DNA of 63,101 bases from Sulfitobacter sp. (lineage in GTDB: Bacteria > Pseudomonadota > Alphaproteobacteria > Rhodobacterales > Rhodobacteraceae), in contig NZ_JBFEKM010000001.1 in the NCBI RefSeq assembly GCF_041552635.1, positions 1 to 63,101 on the forward strand, written 5' to 3'. Position numbers and translations under genes: made by a program. The notes below the pieces were generated by a model, which did no database searches, was not told where the DNA came from, and saw nothing but the letters and a program-made list of their open reading frames with translations. Positions 44,171 through 51,626 of the stretch are shown in pieces; position 1 is the first letter of the stretch, and each line of letters starts with the position of its first letter.

Positions 44171-46885
44171 ATGTCAAAACTATCAAGCGTGGCGATTTTG
44201 GGCGGCGGCCCTGCGGGGCTTTACACTGCGATTTTGTTGCGGCGCAAAATGCCGGACGTGCATGTGCATCTGTTTGAACAAAACCCCCAAGGTGCGACCT
44301 TTGGCTTTGGCGTCGTTTTCTCGGATCAGGCGCTGGCGTTCCTCAAATCCGCCGACCCCGAAATTCACGATCTGCTGACACCCCATATGGAACAATGGCA
44401 AAACATGACCCTGCGTCTGCCCACCGATCAGGTCGTGCTGGACGGGGTCGGATTTTCCGCTGTCGGGCGGCTTGAGCTGATCGAGATTCTGCGCAAACAT
44501 GCGTTGGCCTTGGGCGTTGAGATGTCGTTTGACCATCCCGTCACGTCATTGGACGAGATCACCGCCGATCTGATTGTCGGGGCCGACGGGCTGAATTCAC
44601 TGGTGCGCCGCACGTTCGAGGCGGATTTCGCCCCGCAAATCGACCATTTCACCAACCACTTTGCGTGGTTCGGCACCGACCGTCCGTTTGATACCCTGAC
44701 CCAAAGCTTTGTCGAGACAGAACTTGGCCCGCTGAACGCGCACCACTACCGTTTTGCGCCGGATCGCAGCACGTTTATCGTCGAATGCGAGGCCGCGACG
44801 TTTCAGAACTACGGCTTTGCCGACATGACCGAAGACGCCAGCGCCGCCCTGTGCCAAACCCTGTTCGCCGATGTGCTGGACGGTGCCAAGTTGATCACGA
44901 ACAAATCGCTGTGGCGGCAATTCCCGCGGCTTTGGTGTGAAAACTGGGTTTCAGGGCGGCATGTTATCATCGGCGATGCCGCGCATACGGCGCATTTCTC
45001 TATCGGGTCCGGCACACGGTTGGCGCTTGAGGATTGCATTGCACTGGTCAACGCGCTGGCTGCTGACGACGACGTGGATGCCGCCTTGGCCGCGTTTCAA
45101 GCCGACCGTTTGCCAGTGGCGAAAAAGATGGTCCAGGCGGCCAATACCTCGGCTGTCTGGTACGATAGTTTTGGCGACAAGATGGCGCTTGAACCGCTGG
45201 ATTTCGCCTTTGACTACATCACCAGATCCGGTCGGGTGGACATGGACCGGTTGCGCAAAATGGCCCCCGCTTTCGCCGCACGTTTCGAGGGCAGGCCACC
45301 CCGGATCAGTGACCCGGTGCCCGACACGGTTCCCGGTGCCGTCGAGATCGGGTTTGACAAAACCCGTCACACCAACTGCTCTGACATCTTATGGCAGAAC
45401 CTTGCGCGCAATCCTGACAGCACCGCAATTGTCAGTCCCCAAGGCCAGCTTAGCTATGCTGAATTGATCGCCACGGCCGCGCGTTGGGGCAATGCGTTTG
45501 CCGCTGCGGGTTTAAAACGTGGCGAACGGATTGCGTTTTTCCTTGATGATACAACCGCTTATCCCGCTGCGTTCTTTGGTGCAACGCGGGCGGGATTTGT
45601 GCCGGTATTGCTGAACACGATGACCACGCCCGACGTGTTGAACTTTTTCCTCAAAGACAGCGCGGCGCGGTTTGCGATTTGCGACGCGGCGCTGGCAGAC
45701 CGGTTTGACGCAGGCGTGATGGCGGGCACCAATCTGGAGACTGTGGTGGTTGTCGGTGGCGACGCAGGCGATTTCACGACCGACAGCACATTCCTTGATG
45801 GCCAGCCCGACACGCTGGCCTGCGCCGCAACCGGCCCCGATGATATGGCCTTCTGGATGTATTCATCCGGTTCGACCGGAATGCCCAAGGGCATCGTGCA
45901 TCTGCATCACGACATGGCCTATACGCAGGCGTCGTTTGGCGCGCAGGTCTTGAAACTGCGCCCTGACGATATCTGCTATTCCGTGCCCAAAATGTATTTC
46001 GCCTACGGTTTCGGCAATTCCGCGACCTTCCCGTTTTCGGTCGGTGCGGCCGTCCTCTTGATGCCCGGACAGCCCCGCCCCGAGACAGTCTTGTCTGCAA
46101 TAGAAACCTACAAACCCACGGTGCTGTTCGGGCTGCCCACCTTGTTCACCGCCGTCGCCCGCCACGAAAATGCAACGACGACTGATCTGACATCCCTGCG
46201 CCAAAGCATGTCTGCCGCCGAAACCCTGTCCGAGGATGTTTATCAAACATGGGTCGATCTGGTGGGCCATGGCCCGACCGAGGGGCTGGGATCAACCGAA
46301 TTGCTGCACATCTACCTGTCAAACACGCTCAAGGATCATCGTCTTGGTGCCGCTGGCGCGCGGGTACCGGGCTATGAAATCCGGCTGGAAACACCCGATG
46401 GCACCCCCGCCCAACCCGGCGAAGAGGGCGTGATGTATGTGCGCGGCACCTCGTCCGCGCCGATGTATTGGAACCGCCCCGAAAAAACCGCCGACACAAT
46501 GCGCGACGACTGGATCTATACCGGCGACCGCTTTGTCGAGCGGGACGGATATTACTATTTCCAAGGCCGCGCCGATGATCTGATCAAAGTATCCGGCCAA
46601 TGGGTCTGGCCGCTGGAGGTCGAACGCTGCCTGAATGAGCACCCCGATGTCCACGAATGCGCTGTGCTGGCCCATCAGCTTGACGATCGCCGCATGACCC
46701 TTCGTGCGGTTGTGCATCTGCGCGACGGCATTGCGGCGGATGACGCCCAAAGCGACGCCCTGCGCGGCTTCGTCAAGGCGCAGCTTCAACCTTACAAATA
46801 CCCTCGACTGATCGAATATGTGACCGACCTGCCCAAGACCGGCACCGGCAAGATCGACCGCCAAGCTTTGCTGCAAAATCCCTGA
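44171..46885 (+). CDS. Fused FAD-dependent aryl-CoA hydroxylase (salicylyl-CoA 5-hydroxylase-like) and benzoate-CoA-ligase-family domain, 904 aa
   Basis: N-terminal: GGGPAG, TFGFGVVFS, GADG, GDAAHTAHFSIGSGT; C-terminal: FWMYSSGSTGMPKG, GLGSTELLHIY, TGD, GRADD, PKTGTGKI; GGAGGAG RBS before ATG 44171. Confidence 0.85.
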   Translation: MSKLSSVAILGGGPAGLYTAILLRRKMPDVHVHLFEQNPQGATFGFGVVFSDQALAFLKSADPEIHDLLTPHMEQWQNMTLRLPTDQVVLDGVGFSAVGRLELIEILRKHALALGVEMSFDHPVTSLDEITADLIVGADGLNSLVRRTFEADFAPQIDHFTNHFAWFGTDRPFDTLTQSFVETELGPLNAHHYRFAPDRSTFIVECEAATFQNYGFADMTEDASAALCQTLFADVLDGAKLITNKSLWRQFPRLWCENWVSGRHVIIGDAAHTAHFSIGSGTRLALEDCIALVNALAADDDVDAALAAFQADRLPVAKKMVQAANTSAVWYDSFGDKMALEPLDFAFDYITRSGRVDMDRLRKMAPAFAARFEGRPPRISDPVPDTVPGAVEIGFDKTRHTNCSDILWQNLARNPDSTAIVSPQGQLSYAELIATAARWGNAFAAAGLKRGERIAFFLDDTTAYPAAFFGATRAGFVPVLLNTMTTPDVLNFFLKDSAARFAICDAALADRFDAGVMAGTNLETVVVVGGDAGDFTTDSTFLDGQPDTLACAATGPDDMAFWMYSSGSTGMPKGIVHLHHDMAYTQASFGAQVLKLRPDDICYSVPKMYFAYGFGNSATFPFSVGAAVLLMPGQPRPETVLSAIETYKPTVLFGLPTLFTAVARHENATTTDLTSLRQSMSAAETLSEDVYQTWVDLVGHGPTEGLGSTELLHIYLSNTLKDHRLGAAGARVPGYEIRLETPDGTPAQPGEEGVMYVRGTSSAPMYWNRPEKTADTMRDDWIYTGDRFVERDGYYYFQGRADDLIKVSGQWVWPLEVERCLNEHPDVHECAVLAHQLDDRRMTLRAVVHLRDGIAADDAQSDALRGFVKAQLQPYKYPRLIEYVTDLPKTGTGKIDRQALLQNP

Positions 46886-46902
46886 ACTGTCCGGAGACCC
46901 CC

Positions 46903-47598
46903 ATGAACTTTATCTTCCCACCCGCGCCCACACCCAGCGTCGCAATCGCCGGATCAGACGACCGCATTCCGGTGCGCCGCATATTTTGTGTCGGCCGCAA
47001 CTATGCCGCCCATGCGATCGAGATGGGCAAAGACCCCGACCGCGATCCGCCGTTTTTCTTTACCAAACCTGCCGATGCGGTCGTAGAAGACGGGCAGACG
47101 ATTCCCTATCCGCCCGACACCAAAAATTTCCACTTTGAGGCAGAGTTGGTCGCAGTCATCGGCACCGGCGGGCGCGATATCGCCCAAGCCGACGCACTGG
47201 ATCATGTCTGGGGCTATGCCGTTGGCAATGACCTGACCCGCCGTGACTTGCAGCTTGAGGCGCGTGAAAAGGGCCGGCCTTGGGATTGGGGCAAGGCCTT
47301 TGACCGCTCGGCCGTGATCGGTCCTGTCCATGCCGCAAGCGCTGTGGGACATCTGGCAAATGGCGCGATCAAGCTGACGGTAAATGGCGTGGTGAAGCAA
47401 GACGCCGACCTGGCCGAACTGATCTGGTCGGTGCCCGAAGTCGTGTCGATCATTTCGCGCTCTATCGCGTTGCAACCCGGTGACTTGATCATGACCGGCA
47501 CCCCCGCAGGCGTCGGCCCGCTGAGCGAAGGCGACACATGCGTTGTCGAAATCGCAGGCTTGGGGCAAGTTACCACCCATATCGGCCCGCGTGCCTGA
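46903..47598 (+). CDS. Fumarylacetoacetate-hydrolase-family protein (fumaryl/maleylpyruvate hydrolase)
   Basis: CVGRNYAAHA.EM, FFFTKP, EAEL, DLTRRDLQ, TGTPAGVG. Confidence 0.88.
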   Translation: MNFIFPPAPTPSVAIAGSDDRIPVRRIFCVGRNYAAHAIEMGKDPDRDPPFFFTKPADAVVEDGQTIPYPPDTKNFHFEAELVAVIGTGGRDIAQADALDHVWGYAVGNDLTRRDLQLEAREKGRPWDWGKAFDRSAVIGPVHAASAVGHLANGAIKLTVNGVVKQDADLAELIWSVPEVVSIISRSIALQPGDLIMTGTPAGVGPLSEGDTCVVEIAGLGQVTTHIGPRA

Positions 47599-47622
47599 CC
47601 TGAAAAAGCGGAGAGAGAGACC

Positions 47623-48723
47623 ATGACCAAAGAGCCTGACCACGAGACAGTCGCCCATGGGATGCAACCCGAAGACACCCCGGAACTGCGCAAGCTTTAT
47701 GCAGGCTTCGAGGCTGAAAACCTGATCCCGCTCTGGACGCAACTGGGCGATCTGATGCCCATGCATCCCAAGCCCAAAGCGGTGCCGCATATCTGGAAAT
47801 GGTCACGTATTCTGCCGCTGGCCGAAGCATCTGGCGATCTGGTACCCGTAGGCCGTGGCGGCGAACGCCGCGCGCTTGGGCTGGCCAACCCCGGTCTTGG
47901 CGGCAACGCCTATGTCAGCCCGACGCTATGGGCCGCGATCCAGTATCTGGGGCCCAAGGAAACCGCCCCCGAACACCGCCATTCGCAAAACGCATTCCGC
48001 TTTGTTGTCGAAGGCGAAGGCGTGTGGACGGTCGTAAACGGTGATCCGGTGCGCATGTCGCGTGGTGATCTGTTGCTGACGCCGGGGTGGAATTTTCACG
48101 GGCACCACAATGTGACAGACAAGCCGATGGCGTGGATCGACGGGCTGGATATCCCATTCAGCCAGCACAACGACGTGGGTTTTTTCGAATTCGGCACCGA
48201 ACATGTCACCGATTATGCGACACCCAACTTCAGCCAAGGCGAACGGCTATGGGCCAACCCCGGCTTGCGCCCTCTCTCGCGGCTAGAAGACACAGTCAGC
48301 AGCCCGTTGGGGGCGTATCGCTGGGAACATACCGACCGCGCCCTGACCGAACAGTTGCTTCTGGAGGACGAGGGCATCCCCGCCACCGTTGAACAGGGGC
48401 ACGCCGCGATCCGCTATGTGAACCCAACAACGGGCGGCGATGTGATGCCGACGATCCGCTGCCAGTTCCACCGCCTGCGCGCAGGGGCCAGCAGCAAGAC
48501 CCGGCGCGAAGTTGGCAGTTCTGTGTTTCAAGTGTTCGAGGGCAAAGGATCGGTCGTGCTGGACGGCGTCGAACATGCGCTGGAAATCGGTGACATGTTT
48601 GTCGTGCCCTCGTGGATTTCATGGTCGCTGCATGCAGAAACCCAGTTCGATCTGTTCCGCTTTTCCGACGCGCCGATCATCGAGCGTTTGAACTTTGGCC
48701 GCACCATGGTGGTCGAGGAATGA
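47623..48723 (+). CDS. Gentisate 1,2-dioxygenase (bicupin)
   Basis: GERRAL, APEHRHSQNAFRF, FHGH Fe ligands, DGLDIP, FSDAP. Confidence 0.9.
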   Translation: MTKEPDHETVAHGMQPEDTPELRKLYAGFEAENLIPLWTQLGDLMPMHPKPKAVPHIWKWSRILPLAEASGDLVPVGRGGERRALGLANPGLGGNAYVSPTLWAAIQYLGPKETAPEHRHSQNAFRFVVEGEGVWTVVNGDPVRMSRGDLLLTPGWNFHGHHNVTDKPMAWIDGLDIPFSQHNDVGFFEFGTEHVTDYATPNFSQGERLWANPGLRPLSRLEDTVSSPLGAYRWEHTDRALTEQLLLEDEGIPATVEQGHAAIRYVNPTTGGDVMPTIRCQFHRLRAGASSKTRREVGSSVFQVFEGKGSVVLDGVEHALEIGDMFVVPSWISWSLHAETQFDLFRFSDAPIIERLNFGRTMVVEE

Positions 48724-49253
48724 CACCCACCGACGCGGCCCTTGCAGCTTTGGTCGCACGCCAAGGCACGGGGGCGCGGTATGATGCGCAGGCGGCCCCT
48801 GCGGATGAACTGGCCATGGCGCGCAGGGGGACGGCCTATTTCGCACGCCTGCTGAACGGACTTGCAGATGCCGATCTTGATGCGCCAACTGCCCGCGCAG
48901 GATGGTCGCGCCGCGCTGTGATTGCGCAAACCGGATACCATGCACGCCACCTTGGGCTGTTTATCACAGCAGCACAAAACGGCACAGCTTGGGACCAATC
49001 CGTCATGCCATCGCCGCAAGAAATCGCCTTGGGCGAAACGCTGCCGCCGCGCGCCTTGCGGCATCTGATCGACCACGCCAGCGTGCATTTGAACGTCGCG
49101 TGGCGGGACATGACTGATCTTGATTGGGGGCGGGCCTGCAACGGCGTCGCCCTGCGCGACACGCCGATGCTGCGCGCGCGGCTTTTGTGGCGGAACGCGC
49201 TGGACCTAAACGCCGGAGGACGCGTCAAAGACGTACCCGAAGGCGTGCTGTAA
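48720..49253 (+). CDS. Maleylpyruvate-isomerase (MDMPI) N-terminal-like protein, apparently degenerate
   Basis: RRGTAYFAR.LN.L.DADL...GWSR..VIA..GY.AR, HLNVAWRD; ATGA coupling. Confidence 0.7.
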   Translation: MTPTDAALAALVARQGTGARYDAQAAPADELAMARRGTAYFARLLNGLADADLDAPTARAGWSRRAVIAQTGYHARHLGLFITAAQNGTAWDQSVMPSPQEIALGETLPPRALRHLIDHASVHLNVAWRDMTDLDWGRACNGVALRDTPMLRARLLWRNALDLNAGGRVKDVPEGVL

Positions 49254-49256
49254 ACA

Positions 49257-49291
49257 GGGCGGCGCGGGGAAAACCCTGCGCCGCCCATTTT
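49257..49291. terminator. Terminator hairpin between the convergent gentisate and selenoprotein operons
   Basis: GGGCGGCGCGGGG-AAAA-CCCTGCGCCGCCC (13 bp, one G-U) then ATTTTT. Confidence 0.8.
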
Positions 49292-49813
49292 TCATTTATC
49301 GCTAAGTGCCGCCATGATCTGATCATAGGCCTCGCGTGCTTTGACGCGCATTTCGTCGTCAGTTGCATCCTGAATCGGATGCGGTACCAGCACGTAACGT
49401 GCGCCTTCCATACCTAATGCCTTGCGCTGCGTTTCCGCAGCTTGGCCAAACGCGCTTGAGGCGACGGAAACGGACGGGATCCCCTGGATTTCAAACCAGA
49501 CTGTATCGTGCATACTGCACGTGGTACATGATCCTCAGTCCGCCAATGCCTCGATCATGAAATCGCATTCATCGCGGATTTGATGGCGCAATGCATCAGG
49601 GCACGGCTTGGCAAATGTCGGCTTGGTATAGCGCCGGATTTCAACACCGGGCGCGCCTTCGGCCAGCAAACGGTCCAGCTCATCCAGCAGGATATTGCCG
49701 CGCGGTTTGCTGATGTTCAGCAGCCCCACGACCCCCTGCACCGATCCGGATCGTTCGGTGATCTGACGCACGACCGGGACGCGTTCATCCGTCGGGTCGA
49801 GAATTATCGTCAT
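49292..49813 (-). CDS. UGSC-family selenoprotein, 173 aa, Sec at residue 93 (UGA 49537-49535)
   Basis: The 92-aa and 73-aa ORFs are in frame: ...GAC TGA GGA TCA TGT ACC ACG TGC AGT ATG = D-U-G-S-C-T-T-C-S-M; SECIS-like hairpin follows; selABC upstream. Confidence 0.92.
49502..49528 (-). promoter_or_regulatory. Bacterial SECIS-like hairpin 3' of the Sec UGA
   Basis: mRNA UGUA-CCA-CGUGCA-GUA-UGCACG-A-UACA; apical loop starts with G, 19 nt after the UGA. Confidence 0.75.
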
Positions 49814-49837
49814 TCATGTCCTCCTTTGATTGTGATG

Positions 49838-51427
49838 CTAGCCCAGATCAATCTTTCTGGAAACGGAAATTGACCCGGTCGGACCCGTGGCCCAGCCATG
49901 GAAAGCCGACGAGAATTTGCCTGCCTCGCCGCCCGCGACAACGATGTGAATGTATTCTTTGCCCGCGAATTTCGGTGCAAGCTGTGCCAGTTTTTCAGGG
50001 CCCATCTTTTCGGCGTCGGCCACAGGGATGCCCGCGCCAGAGTGATCATCCTGCACCATTTCGCTGAGAGGCCGCAATGTGACCTCTTGAATGCGGTCGC
50101 GCAGGCGGTCCTTGGAATATTCCCCATCAACGGTCATCGTGTTGATATGTTCGGGGCAGACCACCAGCAACGCATCAATGGGCAGGTTGTGCAGTTTCGG
50201 CATGAACACCCCCTCCAACCCTTGCCCCAAGGAGCCCGCGATCTGGTCCGGTTTGCGCGAGGTTTGATCGACGATATGCACCGGGCCGCCGGTCATGGCA
50301 AAGACGGTCACAACGGAATCATCGGCGTTAAATCCCCGCTCAACGTGCAGCGGCTCCCACGGCGACACAGCTTCGTTTTCGGCAAAACACATGGTGTATT
50401 TCATGGGATTGCCCAAGACTGACCTTTCAACGCCCCCCGTCGTCGCCCCACCAACATTGCGGATCACCAGCCGCAGTGCGCGACCGATCGTGGCGTTGGC
50501 ACGGTTGCCCGCCCCCATCGCGCCAAGGCCCGCGTTCATCCCGATCTTGTCCACCACAGGCCCGTTCACGACCATGACCGTCGCGGCCCCCATCGTGGTG
50601 GCCGTCACCCCATGAATGTTGAATTCATCGGTGCAAACAGCTTCGACGGCGGCAATTACCACGGGCAGGTATTCCGGCTTGCAGCCCGCCATCACCGCGT
50701 TGATCGCGATCTTTTCGACCGTGCCCACGCCCATATTCGGCGGCACCGTAGCGATAGTTTCTTGCGGGTCGCGGTGGGTGCCCGCCAGCATCCGCATCAC
50801 CCGTTCGGGCGTTGGCGGCACCAAGGGCAGACCGTCCGAGAACCCCTGATCGAACATGAATTCGGCCATGTCATCGCCACTGGCGACCTCGACCTTGCGG
50901 GCGCGCAGCACGCTGCCATCGGCCTCGGCGCGCAGTTTGTCGTAAATCTCGGGATCGAAGTGTTTTGATCCGCAACCGGGCCGCCAGGCAGGCAGGCTGT
51001 CCCAGTCGATCTGTGCATTGGGCTGTCCGGTCTCTGTCGCGATCTGATCTGACAACGCCTGCCAGTCGTCACGCACGAACCCCTCGAAGCTGGTGACGAC
51101 CTTGCCGTCGGCATCAACCCAGAACACCGCGGGCACAATTTCGATGTCCCAGTCAAAGGACGTTTTGCATCCCGCATCTGCCAGCACCGGCATGGTCAGC
51201 CCGTGTCGTTGTGCGAATACTGCATTCTTGTCACCGGACTGGCCCAGCACAACCATATCGATGCCACCGCAATAGGCTTTGAAAATCCCTTCGATCACTG
51301 GGCCCGCGATGTTGCAGGTCTCGCAATCTTCTTTCACGAAACACACCAATGCAGGGCCCGTGCCATCATAGGCGTGCGCTGTCCCGTCCAGACCATCCAG
51401 TGTGAAACCACGCGCCTTGTCGATCAT
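49838..51427 (-). CDS. Thioredoxin-fold (CETC; PGCGS) domain fused to a DGLPxVPPT domain of unknown function, 529 aa
   Basis: KEDCETC, IVP cis-Pro loop, RPGCGSK, SDGLPLVPPT.ERV..ML, IAINAVMAGC.PEY, NRANATIGRA; GGGAGG RBS before ATG 51427. Confidence 0.85.
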   Translation of the reverse strand: MIDKARGFTLDGLDGTAHAYDGTGPALVCFVKEDCETCNIAGPVIEGIFKAYCGGIDMVVLGQSGDKNAVFAQRHGLTMPVLADAGCKTSFDWDIEIVPAVFWVDADGKVVTSFEGFVRDDWQALSDQIATETGQPNAQIDWDSLPAWRPGCGSKHFDPEIYDKLRAEADGSVLRARKVEVASGDDMAEFMFDQGFSDGLPLVPPTPERVMRMLAGTHRDPQETIATVPPNMGVGTVEKIAINAVMAGCKPEYLPVVIAAVEAVCTDEFNIHGVTATTMGAATVMVVNGPVVDKIGMNAGLGAMGAGNRANATIGRALRLVIRNVGGATTGGVERSVLGNPMKYTMCFAENEAVSPWEPLHVERGFNADDSVVTVFAMTGGPVHIVDQTSRKPDQIAGSLGQGLEGVFMPKLHNLPIDALLVVCPEHINTMTVDGEYSKDRLRDRIQEVTLRPLSEMVQDDHSGAGIPVADAEKMGPEKLAQLAPKFAGKEYIHIVVAGGEAGKFSSAFHGWATGPTGSISVSRKIDLG

Positions 51428-51490
51428 CTGCCACCCTCCCAAGCATGCATTTGCATATTGAAGGTGAATGGCGTGCAATGTCCAGCCGCT

Positions 51491-51585
51491 TGGCGGAGGT
51501 GGATGGGAATCGAACCCACCACACGCCTTTTCGGCGCGTCCATGGTTTTGAAGACCAGGGAAGCCACCAGACTCCAGTCACCTCC
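51491..51585 (-). tRNA. selC: tRNA-Sec (anticodon UCA), 95 nt, CCA encoded
   Basis: GGAGGUGA...; 6-bp D-stem with UGGU loop; CUUCAAA anticodon loop; long variable arm; UUCGAUU T-loop; ends GCCA. Confidence 0.96.
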
Positions 51586-51626
51586 GAACAGGCGCAACCT
51601 AGCGTGGGGCTGGCCGGGGTAAAAGC

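Noticed and set aside
49292-49813. Reading the two short ORFs as a nonsense-disrupted pseudogene or as two genes
   Set aside because: The UGA sits in a UxxC motif, is followed by a SECIS-like hairpin, and selABC are directly upstream.
51428-51478. 17-aa N-terminal extension of the 546-aa ORF
   Set aside because: A GGGAGG RBS precedes ATG 51427, and the extension starts only 12 nt from the tRNA 3' end.
51491-51585. selC as the attachment site of an integrated element
   Set aside because: I saw no integrase, transposase or duplicated tRNA 3' end in the window.
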